Origin: Candidatus Zixiibacteriota bacterium
GTDB taxonomy: Bacteria; Zixibacteria; MSB-5A5; DSPP01
Direction: 5' to 3'
Assembly: GCA_022614805.1 (NCBI GenBank)
Contig: JAKEHY010000024.1
Span: 1,844-65,843 of the forward strand
Length of the DNA: 64,000 nt
Shown here: positions 11,553-20,615 of the stretch, in pieces
Layout: each line of letters starts with the position of its first letter
Position numbering within the stretch: position 1 is the first letter of the stretch
The notes under the pieces: model-generated
The model's input: only the letters and a program-made list of their open reading frames with translations
Told to the model about the DNA's origin: nothing
Databases searched by the model: none
Translations under genes and position numbers: made by a program

Positions 11553-13127
11553 ATGAGCAAATTCTTGAAGAAGCTTTCAGCCGCTTTATTCTTTGGCATT
11601 TTGGCAGCGCCTCCCTCCGCTTTTTGCCAGGTCGATACCGCTTGGGTGCGCTACTACAACGGGCCGGGCGACAAATCGGATGAAATGAGAGGGCTCGCTG
11701 TGGATGATAGCGGAAATGTAATTATTACCGGTTACAGCGGGACTGGATCGCCGTTCGGAGATCTCGTCACGATTAAGTACGATCGGAACGGCAACCAACT
11801 TTGGCTTCAAAATTACAATAGTGCAGTAAACACCGGGGATTATCCTGCTCTTTTTGCCATTGATAAAAAAGGGAATGTGTATGTAACGGGCGGATCATCG
11901 GCAGGAAATGATTGCTTGACGATCAAGTACGATTCCAACGGAAATCAGGTTTGGACAGCCCGCTATAACGGGCCCATAAATGGGGTGGACATTGGCTTAG
12001 GGGTCACGGTTGACGAAAGCGGGAATGTCTATGTTGCCGGGATCAGTCAGGGAGCCGTAAGAAATTGTTACTTCTACTCCGGCTTATACTATGATTTCGT
12101 GACACTAAAATACGACTCCAATGGAAACCAGCTTTGGGCTACCCGGTATGCTCCTCCGGGGGGGGATGATTATTGGAATCGCGCACATTTAATTGCAGTT
12201 GATTCATTTGGCAACATTTACGTCGGCGGATATAGTGAACATTGCCAAGGACCAACAGAATGGATAACCATCAAGTACGATTCGACCGGCGCGCAACTTT
12301 GGGTGCGATCCGATATCAAACAACCATGGAGTACTGCTGCCGGTGCTCCCGTCGACCTAAAATTGGATGCCAGCGGATATGTTTACCTGACTGGAGGAAG
12401 TCAGCAGGATAGCACAGCATATCGCAACTATACAACCGTTAAATATGACTTCCAAGGTAATATACTGTGGGCCGCCCGTTTTAACGGAAGCGCCAACAGC
12501 GATGATTATGCCACCGCCATGGCATTGGATTCACAGAACAATATTTACGTCACCGGCTTTAGTTATAGCGGAGCGGCAAACCGTGATGATATAGTTACCA
12601 TCAAATACGATTCAGACGGAAATGAGCTTTGGGCACGGAGTTACAACGGGCCGGGGAGTGGATTGGATAGAGGTTTTGATATATTCCTGGATACCGCGTG
12701 AAATATCTACGTGGCCGGAGTAAGCTTTGGAAACGACTCAACTTACAATTATGTGATCTTAAAATACGATTCGAACGGTAATATCCTTTGGGAAAAGCGG
12801 TATGGGGGGCCAGTTTTTTACTACGCATTTCCAAAAATTTCAGTTGACCGGAACGGCAACGTATACCTTGCAGGTAGTGATATCAAAAACCAGTCGGATT
12901 TCGTGACCATCAAATATTCTCCCCTTCCCGCTTTAAAAGGCGATTTGAACTTGGACGGTGTTTTGACGATGGCGGATGTGGTTTTGATGCTCAATTTGGT
13001 TTTTAACGGCGAACTGCCCCCGGCGGCGCCAACGGCCGCGGATTTGAACTGCAACGGTTCGTTGTCGGCGGCTGACGTGGTAACCCTGCTTTATATGCTT
13101 TACGCCTCCGCTTCCCCGCCCTGCTAA
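11553..13127 (+). pseudogene. secreted SBBP beta-propeller protein with C-terminal dockerin-like domain, interrupted by in-frame TGA at 12699-12701
   Basis: signal peptide; repeats DxxGNVYVTG..TIKYDSNGNQLW; DTA-TGA-NIYVAG continues in frame into the 12711 ORF; C-terminus GDLNLDG..D..ADLNCNG..DV. Confidence 0.85.
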
Positions 13128-13242
13128 AAAAGAAAGGGGCCCGCTTGAGGACGGGCCCCTTTTGTTAGCGCTCACCGGTCCCTCGGTTATCCTCGGGATA
13201 AAGAGGCGAGCTGCTCATCGAACAGAGCTTCACAGCTCGGTA
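13126..13242 (-). ncRNA. candidate small RNA
   Basis: sigma28-like promoter upstream, several short hairpins, ends at a strong terminator; only a 17-codon ORF with no clear RBS. Confidence 0.45.
13133..13163. terminator. bidirectional intrinsic terminator
   Basis: AAAGGGGCCCG-cttgagga-CGGGCCCCTTT with A/T runs on both sides. Confidence 0.85.
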
Positions 13243-13248
13243 TTATTT

Positions 13249-13276
13249 ATATCGGCAAAAGGTTTTTTAGTTTTTA
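13249..13276 (-). promoter_or_regulatory. sigma28-like promoter
   Basis: minus strand TAAA-N16-GCCGATAT. Confidence 0.5.
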
Positions 13277-13369
13277 ACTTTTTTTTACTTAAGCCGAATA
13301 GGGCAGAAGCACAAAGAGTGCCAGAAGCCAGCTGATTTTTTTCATCTTGGGTCTTTCTCTCGTTTCCTT

Positions 13370-14710
13370 TCAGGCAATCGTTTTAGCCTCCAAAAGCTCG
13401 TTCCAGCGGGTGGTGCAGCGCGGGGAACGGCGGCTCGATTTCATCCGCCAGCTTTGCAGCAGGCCGGCGGCGGCAAAACGCAGGGCGCCGGAGCCAAGCC
13501 GGGCGTTTACTTCGTCCAGTGCCTGCATCAGTTTTCCAGCGCTCCCGCGGTTTTTGCCGTCAAAAATGTCGGTTTGCACTTCTTCCGTAGGAACCAACCC
13601 GGAAAACACAACCCCCGCTTTTTTGAACCGGCCGTCCGCAAAAAAGATTTTTTCGGCTTCCCGCAGGGCATACCGTATCAGCTCCGGCGTGCTGTCGGTG
13701 GCCACCGGCAACTCGACGGTCGAGGAATGCGTTCGGGCCTGTTCGCTGTGGGGGCGGGTTATGCAAAAGACCGTCAGATGCTTTGCGGAAAGCCGGTCTT
13801 CGCGCAACGTTTCGGCCGCCTGGCTGGTGAATTCCGCCACCGCCTCCTTCAGTTCATTCAGTTTTTCGACGGCCCGGCCGAAGGAGCGGGAGCAGAGGAC
13901 ACTTTTGCGGGGGGAGCGAACCATTTCCAGAGGCAGACAGGAGATGCCGCGCAGTTCAAGGAGAATGCGCTGCCCGACTATCCCCATCCGCTTCAAAATC
14001 CATTGGTCATCCGCTTGCCGAAGCTTGTGGGCGGTCTCTATCCCCCAGCTTTTCAGCCGCCTTTCGCCGCTGGGGCCGATGCCCCAGATTTCTCCCACCT
14101 CTATTTGGGCCAGCCGTTCCTCCGGGTCGGGAAGGGCCGACCAATCCATCACCCCTTTCAGTTCGGGTCGCTTTTTGGCCTGTTTATTGGCCAGCTTGGC
14201 CAAAGTTTTGGTGGGGGCGATGCCAATCGATATCGGAATGCCGGTCCACTTTTTGACCGTGGCGACGATTTGGCGGGCGTAGTCGGAAAGGCCGGCCCGC
14301 TCAAAGCCGGAAAGGTTCAAAAAGACTTCGTCAATCGAATAGATTTCCCGTTCCGGCGTGAATTGCGCCAGCGTATGGATGACCCGCCGGGACATATCGC
14401 CGTAAAGGGTAAAATTGGCGGAGTAGACCCGGACGTTCGCTTGTTCAATCAAATCCCGCACCTCAAAAAACGGGACGGCCATTTTGATGCCCAGCGCTTT
14501 GGCCTCGTTGGAGCGGGAGATGATGCAGCCGTCGTTGTTGGAAAGGACAACGACCGGCACTCCCTCCAGGTTGGGATTAAAAACCCGCTCGCAGGAGACG
14601 TAGAAGTTGTTGCAGTCAACCAGGGCGAAGATGGTTTTGTTTGAAGCCACATCCGAAACCGGCTGCCCGCCACAGGCCGGTTTTTCCCGGTCACAAAGTA
14701 TGGATGACAT
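13370..14710 (-). CDS. umuC: Y-family DNA polymerase V catalytic subunit
   Basis: LVDCNNFYVSCER, VVVLSNNDGC, YSIDE, QTDIF clamp-like motif, C-terminal WRMK..RSPR.TTRW. Confidence 0.95.
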   Translation of the reverse strand: MSSILCDREKPACGGQPVSDVASNKTIFALVDCNNFYVSCERVFNPNLEGVPVVVLSNNDGCIISRSNEAKALGIKMAVPFFEVRDLIEQANVRVYSANFTLYGDMSRRVIHTLAQFTPEREIYSIDEVFLNLSGFERAGLSDYARQIVATVKKWTGIPISIGIAPTKTLAKLANKQAKKRPELKGVMDWSALPDPEERLAQIEVGEIWGIGPSGERRLKSWGIETAHKLRQADDQWILKRMGIVGQRILLELRGISCLPLEMVRSPRKSVLCSRSFGRAVEKLNELKEAVAEFTSQAAETLREDRLSAKHLTVFCITRPHSEQARTHSSTVELPVATDSTPELIRYALREAEKIFFADGRFKKAGVVFSGLVPTEEVQTDIFDGKNRGSAGKLMQALDEVNARLGSGALRFAAAGLLQSWRMKSSRRSPRCTTRWNELLEAKTIA

Positions 14711-15107
14711 AGGTTACCACGCCCCAGATTTCTATGCTCTCCGGTTTGCCTGACGGGCCGTTCTGCGAAAGAAGGGAGGGAGTCCTTTTTTTCAGCCGGT
14801 CAAAGTAGCCGACGACAAACTCCCCTTCCACCACGGCGATGACCACCCGGCCGGGGGCGGGCTCGAGCGAGCGGTCAACAATGAGCAGGTCGCCGTGGTG
14901 GATGCCGGCTTCCAACAGGGCATCCCCTTTGGCCCACAGGAAAAAAGTGGCGGCCGGGTGTTTTACCAGATGGGCGTTCAGGTTCAAAACCTTTTCGGCA
15001 AACGGCTCGGCGGGGGAGGGAAAGCCGACCGCGGCCGGAGTCTGTTCGGAGGCGTCGGCGCCGGCCCGGACGGGAGGCTGGTTGAACATTGGAATGTAGG
15101 GCGCCAT
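14691..15107 (-). CDS. umuD: UmuD-like S24 protein, catalytic Ser/Lys dyad absent
   Basis: GFPSPA, HPAATFF, GDLLIVDRS, IWGVVT; GDSM reads GDAL and TVK reads VVG. Confidence 0.88.
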   Translation of the reverse strand: MAPYIPMFNQPPVRAGADASEQTPAAVGFPSPAEPFAEKVLNLNAHLVKHPAATFFLWAKGDALLEAGIHHGDLLIVDRSLEPAPGRVVIAVVEGEFVVGYFDRLKKRTPSLLSQNGPSGKPESIEIWGVVTYVIHTL

Positions 15108-15108
15108 T

Positions 15109-16410
15109 TTAGCGAAAAGCCCCCGGAGAAACGGCCCCGGCGATGGGGTAACGGGAAATCAAAGAAAGCTGCTCTCCCGGTTTGCGCTGGCGAAAATAGG
15201 TCTCCCGCCTTTCTTCCCGCGTCTGGCCGTAAAAGATGCCGCCTATGGTTACGAATTCCTTGGTCTGACGTACTCGCACCCCCAGTTTGGCTAAATCTTC
15301 GGGCTTGAAAATCGTCCCCTCCCGGCGGGCGGTTAAAATCCGCCGGGCGGAGACCGGGCCGACGCCGGGGACGGTCAGAAGCTGTTCATACGAGGCGGTT
15401 TTGATTTCGATGGGAAAGAACTCCGGGTGTAAAATCGCCCGGTGGAGCTTGGGGTCCAACTCCAAAGACAAATTGCCGTCTTTTTCGAGCGGGATTTCGT
15501 TCACGGAAAGCTTGTAGATTCGCAACAAGTGCTCTGCCTGATAGAGCCGGTAGCCGCGCGTGAAAGGGGTGGGTGCCAGATTCTCAAACGGCGTGTCGGA
15601 CATCGGCGCAAAAGTGGAAAAATGGGCGTGGTGCAAAAAACCGTCCCCCTCCAATTGGGAGACGAGGGAGAGGATTTCTTTATCCCTCTCCCTCCCCGGG
15701 CCGACCATAAACTGGGTGGTCACGCCGGCGGGGACCAGCTTTTTTCCTTCCAGTTTTCCGGCCTTCCAGAGTTCCCCTGCCTTTTGAATGGAGGGGAGAA
15801 TGACTTTGGAAAGCGACTTTTCCGGCGCGATTTCGGAAAGGGCGGCGTCCGAAGGGGCTTCGCAGTTTAAGGAGATGCGCGAGGCCAGCCGGGCGGCCTG
15901 GACAATCTGCTCCGGCTCGGCCCCGGGGAGGATTTTTAAATGAATGTAGCCGCTGAAGCGGTAGCGCTTGCGCAAAATTTCCAACGTGGCCAAAAGCTTG
16001 TCCATCATCGAAACGGGTGAACCGGGGATGCCGGAGGTCAAAAACAGTCCGTCGGTGTATCCCTTCTTATGGGCGGCGTAAAAAACGGAGGCCAGTTCTT
16101 CCGGCTGAAAGATGGTCCGGCGCAACTTGCGGCCGCAACGGGTGGCGCAATAGCGGCATTTCAAGCTGCAGGCGTTGGTCTGCATCACCCGCATCAGGTT
16201 AAAAGTTCGCCCGTGCGCCCCCGCCAATTGCATAATTCCGGGCAGGGCGGCTTTCTTGGCCGTTTTTGGCTCGACCCCCGTGAGCCCATTTTGGACCTCT
16301 TGGGTTGCCTGGCGGATGGGGATTGTCTGCCTCGGACGGCCCTCCGCATCCGAAGGGTTTATGGTATCGCCAAGGATATTAAGCTTATCAAGAAGACCTA
16401 ATCTGCGCAT
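15109..16410 (-). CDS. putative DNA modification/repair radical SAM protein with HhH domain
   Basis: TNACSLKCRYC (CxxxCxxC), GLFLTSG, YIHLKILPGA, RLYQA, VPGVGPVSARRI HhH, terminal QLSL; resembles the TIGR03916 family. Confidence 0.9.
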   Translation of the reverse strand: MRRLGLLDKLNILGDTINPSDAEGRPRQTIPIRQATQEVQNGLTGVEPKTAKKAALPGIMQLAGAHGRTFNLMRVMQTNACSLKCRYCATRCGRKLRRTIFQPEELASVFYAAHKKGYTDGLFLTSGIPGSPVSMMDKLLATLEILRKRYRFSGYIHLKILPGAEPEQIVQAARLASRISLNCEAPSDAALSEIAPEKSLSKVILPSIQKAGELWKAGKLEGKKLVPAGVTTQFMVGPGRERDKEILSLVSQLEGDGFLHHAHFSTFAPMSDTPFENLAPTPFTRGYRLYQAEHLLRIYKLSVNEIPLEKDGNLSLELDPKLHRAILHPEFFPIEIKTASYEQLLTVPGVGPVSARRILTARREGTIFKPEDLAKLGVRVRQTKEFVTIGGIFYGQTREERRETYFRQRKPGEQLSLISRYPIAGAVSPGAFR

Positions 16411-16433
16411 GTAACCTGTTGTTCTTCAATCTG

Positions 16434-16480
16434 TTTTATCATATTATTCACACTCATATAATACTATTTTATCATATTAT
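16434..16480. repeat. 14-bp direct repeat TTTTATCATATTAT, two copies
   Basis: copies at 16434-16447 and 16467-16480. Confidence 0.85.
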
Positions 16481-16504
16481 ACGTTTATGTAGTATAAAAG
16501 TCAA
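16476..16504 (-). promoter_or_regulatory. near-consensus sigma70 promoter of the rSAM-umuDC operon
   Basis: minus strand TTGACT-N17-TATAAT. Confidence 0.8.
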
Positions 16505-16543
16505 GTATTTTTTTAGAATTTTTTATTAGCTATTGCTTTTTTA

Positions 16544-16553
16544 TATACGTATA
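16544..16553. promoter_or_regulatory. candidate repressor operator TATACGTATA
   Basis: perfect palindrome inside a putative + promoter (TTGCTT-N16-TATATT); 1-mismatch copy TATACGTTTA at 16478-16487 overlaps the opposite -10. Confidence 0.5.
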
Positions 16554-16633
16554 ATATATTGTGGGAAGTCAAATGGGATACCCCGACAGGTCGGGGCTAC
16601 CCTTGAAGATGGAACTAAAGAGAGGTGAGAAAA

Positions 16634-17311
16634 ATGGAGATAGGTGAAAGAATCAAAGCGCTACGGACGGCCAAGGGGCTGACGCTTTATCAGCTGGCCC
16701 GGCGGACCGGTCTGCAGTACACCGCCTTGAAAAAAATCGAAGAAGGGCAAACCGACCCGCGGGCGGATACGGTGGTGAAAATCGCCAGGGGAATTGGGGT
16801 GGAACCCTCCCGATTTTTCACGGATGATTCGGCCGTGCGGCCGCCGGTGGTTTTGAACATCGTCCCGCCGGAGCGGGGGGCGCGCAGCTTCCAGCCGAAG
16901 TTTTTGGCTACCCTGCCCCTTTTTGCGGACGCCGCTTCGCTCGGAGGTGGCCGCGAAATCAACGAGCTGGATATCGAGTCATTTTTGGTGGTGCCCAAAG
17001 ACCAGCTCCCCAACGAGGAGAACTGCTATTGCATCAAGGTGGTCGGCGATTCGATGACGCCGGTTTTTTCCTCCGGCGATATTGTGGCCATTGATTTTTC
17101 CCAGAAGGACCCGGCCCTCTTGGAAGGGGCCTATGTCGCCTGCCGGCTGGGGGAGGCCGAAGTGACGGTCAAACAGCTAAAAAACAAGCCGAACCACTTC
17201 CACTTGAAAGCGGTCAACCCGGATTGGGAAGACGCCAACGGCCCGCTTTTGGCGCCGAAAAAAGACGGCGTCATCCTCGGCAAAGTGGTGTGGCAGTGGA
17301 GGAAGTTTTAA
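16634..17311 (+). CDS. CI/LexA-like repressor (XRE HTH + S24 autopeptidase)
   Basis: IGERIKALR..GLT..LA HTH; ASLG cleavage loop; GDSM Ser and VTVK Lys intact; RBS GAGGTG. Confidence 0.92.
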   Translation: MEIGERIKALRTAKGLTLYQLARRTGLQYTALKKIEEGQTDPRADTVVKIARGIGVEPSRFFTDDSAVRPPVVLNIVPPERGARSFQPKFLATLPLFADAASLGGGREINELDIESFLVVPKDQLPNEENCYCIKVVGDSMTPVFSSGDIVAIDFSQKDPALLEGAYVACRLGEAEVTVKQLKNKPNHFHLKAVNPDWEDANGPLLAPKKDGVILGKVVWQWRKF

Positions 17312-17338
17312 TCTTTTTGTTGCGCGAAACCCGGTTTG

Positions 17339-18121
17339 CTACTCTTTGTACTTCATATCCGGCGGTTTCCACTCGTCTTTGATGCGGGAGCGAAACCGGA
17401 TCTCTTTTTGGGCGATGCGGGCGACTTGGCCGGATTTGAAAAGCCGATAGATTTCCCGCCCAATGCCAAAGGCGATGTAGCCAGCGCAAATCGGAAAGAT
17501 GGTCAGGCGCGGCTCGACGATGACCAGAATGGAAGAGGCGAAAATCGTCAGCCATTTCACCCGGTCGGACAAGGTGCGGAAGCCGCGCGGCTTGCCTTCA
17601 TATTCAACGGTGGAAACCATCAAAGCGGAAAAGACCACCATCATCGTAATCACCAGCTCGGTGGAGCGCAGCTCCCCCCAAATCTGGTAGCAGAAGATGG
17701 TATAGGCGGCCAGAGTCGAACCGGCCATCGGAATCGGCAGGCCGGTGAAATAGCGTTTTTCCTCCGATTTCACCTGCACATTGAAGCGGGCTAAACGAAA
17801 AGCGCCGCACATCACGTAGATAAAACCGATGACGAACCCCCATTTGCCAAATTCGAAAAGCTTGAAGGAATAGAAAATCAGAGCCGGGGCCAGGCCAAAG
17901 GACATCAGGTCGGCCAGCGAGTCCAGCTCGATGCCGATTTTGGAGGAGGCCTTGGAGATGCGGGCGACGGTGCCGTCCAGGCCGTCCAAAAAAGCGGCCA
18001 CAAGAACGAACCAGGCGGCCTGCAGGGCTTCGCCGTCGAAGGCGGACAAGACTGCAAGGAAACCGAAAAGCAGGTTCCCCATCGTGAAAACGCCGGGAAA
18101 AATGGGGCGGATATTGGCCAT
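17339..18121 (-). CDS. pssA: CDP-diacylglycerol--serine O-phosphatidyltransferase
   Basis: DGLDGTVAR..G.ELDSLAD motif, RLARFN. Confidence 0.93.
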   Translation of the reverse strand: MANIRPIFPGVFTMGNLLFGFLAVLSAFDGEALQAAWFVLVAAFLDGLDGTVARISKASSKIGIELDSLADLMSFGLAPALIFYSFKLFEFGKWGFVIGFIYVMCGAFRLARFNVQVKSEEKRYFTGLPIPMAGSTLAAYTIFCYQIWGELRSTELVITMMVVFSALMVSTVEYEGKPRGFRTLSDRVKWLTIFASSILVIVEPRLTIFPICAGYIAFGIGREIYRLFKSGQVARIAQKEIRFRSRIKDEWKPPDMKYKE

Positions 18122-18811
18122 TTATTTTTTTGCCCTCATTGGAGTTTTGGCTTCAGGCTTCACTGTCGATGTTTTGGCGACTGCCAATATAGTTTCTCCT
18201 CCCGTTACTTTATCGCCTTTTTGAACTTTCAACTTCAGCCCCTCCGGTAGAAAAATATCGACCCGCGAGCCGAAGCGAATCATACCGAATCTCTCTCCGG
18301 CCCGCACCTCCTGTCCCAGTTTCAACCGGCAGACAATCCGGCGGGCCAGAATGCCGGCGATTTGCTTGAAAAGAATTTTTCCATTCGGAGTCGTAATCCC
18401 AATGGCGGCCTGCTCGTTGTCGGTCGAGGCCTTATCCTCAAATGCGGCCATAAACTTGCCCGGAAAGTAAGAGAGATAGTCCACCTTACCGGAGGCGGGA
18501 ATGCGGTTTACGTGCACATCCAACGGCGAAAGAAAAATGGAGATTTTTTGGGCCTGGCTTTTCAAGAAAAGCAGTTCGGAGACGGCTTCGACGCCGACGA
18601 CTTTTCCATCGGCGGGAGAGAGAATCAACTTCTCGCCGGACGGAATTTTTCGTTCCGGGTCGCGGAAGAAGTAGGCAAAAAAGAGGGTCAGAAATAAAAG
18701 AAGAAAGCTCAACAGCCACAGCCAGGGGCGGCCGGCTTTGAAAGCGGCGGCGAAGGATAGAACCGCCAACGTCGCAAACGGAAAAACGAAGGGCCAGCCA
18801 TCCTTGGCCAT
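18122..18811 (-). CDS. psd: phosphatidylserine decarboxylase
   Basis: FFRDPER, SPADG, HVNR, FGSRVD pyruvoyl cleavage motif; adjacent to pssA. Confidence 0.93.
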   Translation of the reverse strand: MAKDGWPFVFPFATLAVLSFAAAFKAGRPWLWLLSFLLLFLTLFFAYFFRDPERKIPSGEKLILSPADGKVVGVEAVSELLFLKSQAQKISIFLSPLDVHVNRIPASGKVDYLSYFPGKFMAAFEDKASTDNEQAAIGITTPNGKILFKQIAGILARRIVCRLKLGQEVRAGERFGMIRFGSRVDIFLPEGLKLKVQKGDKVTGGETILAVAKTSTVKPEAKTPMRAKK

Positions 18812-18812
18812 T

Positions 18813-19463
18813 TCAAATCTGCTTCTTTCCCTTCTCCCAGTCGGCCAAGAAAGTCTTCAAACCGACGTCGGTCAAAGGATGGCGGAAAATCTGGTCGAAA
18901 ACTTTGAACGGCATCGTGGCCACGTCGGCCCCCAGCATCGCCGCATCGACCAAATGCAGGGGATGGCGGACGGAGGCGACCAGAACCTGCGTTTTGTATT
19001 CGTACTGGTCGAAAATGGTGATGATTTCCTCCACCAGCTGCAGTCCCTCGTGGGAAACGTCATCCAGCCGGCCGACAAAGGGGGAAACGTAGGAGGCGCC
19101 GGTCTTGGCGGCCAACAACGCCTGCAAAGGGGAAAAAATCAGGGTGACGTTGGTTTTGATTCCCAGCGAGGTGAACTTGCCGACCGCTTTGACGCCGTCT
19201 TTCAACAGCGGCACCTTGACAACGATGTTGTCGGCCATCTTGGCCAGCTCGGTCCCCTCCTTTATCATCCCCTCGTATTCGGTGGCCACCACTTCGGCGG
19301 AGACAGGGCCTTTGACCAACCCGCAAATCTCTTTCAAGATTCCCCGGAAGTTGGATTTCTCCTTGGCCACGAGGCTGGGGTTGGTGGTGACGCCGTCCAA
19401 AACGCCGATGTCGTTTATCACTTTGATTTCGTCCACGCTGGCGGTATCCAGAAAAAGCTTCAT
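18813..19463 (-). CDS. tal: transaldolase / fructose-6-phosphate aldolase family
   Basis: [34 protein letters not shown]. Confidence 0.92.
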   Translation of the reverse strand: MKLFLDTASVDEIKVINDIGVLDGVTTNPSLVAKEKSNFRGILKEICGLVKGPVSAEVVATEYEGMIKEGTELAKMADNIVVKVPLLKDGVKAVGKFTSLGIKTNVTLIFSPLQALLAAKTGASYVSPFVGRLDDVSHEGLQLVEEIITIFDQYEYKTQVLVASVRHPLHLVDAAMLGADVATMPFKVFDQIFRHPLTDVGLKTFLADWEKGKKQI

Positions 19464-19481
19464 CTTTGCTCCTTTATGAAG

Positions 19482-20207
19482 TTAATACTCCACGCGCATT
19501 AAAAAAAGTCCGGATGGGGGCACCAACGGGCCCCCTTTTTTCCCCTCCGGGTTTTGCAACAGCTTTTGAAACTCTTCCAAACTTAAAAAGCCGCGGGCCA
19601 CTTCTACCATCGAACCAACCAGCATCCGCACCATCCCGCGCAGGAAGCGGCTGGCGGTGACGTCAAAATAAAGGAAATTCCCCTCCTTTTTCCAGCCGGC
19701 TTCAAAGATGATGGCTTCCCGTTTGTCCCGTTCCTCTTCCGAACAAAAAGCCGAGAACTCTTGCTGCCCCTGCAAAAGCGCGGCACAGCTTTCCAAGAGG
19801 GAAAAATCGAGGTCGTGGAAAACCGGCCAGCAGTAGTTTCTCCACAAGGCAATCGGGCCGAGATGGATACGATACTGATAGGTACGGCTTTTGGCGGCAA
19901 AGCGGGCATTGAAGTTGGATTCCACTTCGGCCACCTCGCGCACCACGACATCCTCCGGCAGAATCGAGTTCAGGGCCTTTGTCCAGTTGATGCCGTTGGG
20001 GGACTGGGCGGTGTCGAAATGGGCCACTTGGCCCCGGGCGTGGGCACCGGCGTCCGTTCTTCCGGCGCCGGTAACGCGGATTTCCTCCTGCAGGATTGTT
20101 TGCAAGGCTTTTTCGATTTCTCCCTGGACGGTGCGTTCCACCGGCTGCAACTGCCAGCCGGCAAAGGCGGTTCCGTCATATTCGATTATCATCTTGAACT
20201 TGGGCAC
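19482..20207 (-). CDS. truA: tRNA pseudouridine(38-40) synthase
   Basis: YDGT.F.GWQ, GAGRTDAGAHA.GQV, FLRGMVR. Confidence 0.95.
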   Translation of the reverse strand: MPKFKMIIEYDGTAFAGWQLQPVERTVQGEIEKALQTILQEEIRVTGAGRTDAGAHARGQVAHFDTAQSPNGINWTKALNSILPEDVVVREVAEVESNFNARFAAKSRTYQYRIHLGPIALWRNYCWPVFHDLDFSLLESCAALLQGQQEFSAFCSEEERDKREAIIFEAGWKKEGNFLYFDVTASRFLRGMVRMLVGSMVEVARGFLSLEEFQKLLQNPEGKKGGPLVPPSGLFLMRVEY

Positions 20208-20261
20208 ACGGTTAAAATATCGAGAATGGCCAAGGGGAAGTCAATTGAATTAAAACATTGG

Positions 20262-20291
20262 CGATTGATTCATTGAATCATTTAATCATTG
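20262..20291. repeat. short tandem octamer-like repeat (xATTGAxTC)
   Basis: gattgattcattgaatcatttaatcattgg. Confidence 0.4.
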
Positions 20292-20541
20292 GAGACAATA
20301 CCTGCAAGGGAATCGGTAGCAAACTTGGCAAAAAAGAGGGGGATTTGGTTACTGTTTTGTCAAAAAAAGAAAAAAACCTCCATACAAGAACAGGGACTAT
20401 TCGTCAAGAATCAGTAATCGGTAAAATGCCGTATTAATTCAATCGTGTCTTTGTCGGAAAAGACAAAGTATGCCCTGTATAATTTGATGGAGCTTGCGAA
20501 TCGATACGATTTTGCGGGAGAAAATGCACCTCCTGCGGCCC

Positions 20542-20599
20542 TTGTCCCCTTCGTAAGGGGGACAATAAAGGCGGGCAGGCACGGGGATCTGCCCCTACA
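20542..20599. repeat. composite REP-like element
   Basis: TTGTCCCCTT-CGT-AAGGGGGACAA followed by GGGCAG..CTGCCCCTACA. Confidence 0.7.
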
Positions 20600-20615
20600 A
20601 AAAATTGTCACGAAT

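Noticed and set aside
12699-12701. TGA-to-Gly recoding (genetic code 25) or selenocysteine
   Set aside because: TGA is the normal stop of lon, the GMPP fusion, pdxS, mscL and others, often in ATGA overlaps. The position expects Gly, not Cys, and I see no convincing SECIS hairpin.
11553-13127. diversity-generating retroelement target
   Set aside because: No reverse transcriptase or template/variable repeat pair seen; the lesion is G to T, not adenine-specific.
16434-16500. mini-CRISPR array from the 14-bp repeats
   Set aside because: Only two short AT-rich copies with a 19-nt gap, inside a promoter; no cas genes.
16634-17311. prophage implied by the CI-like repressor
   Set aside because: No phage structural, replication or integrase genes; the flank is housekeeping pssA-psd.
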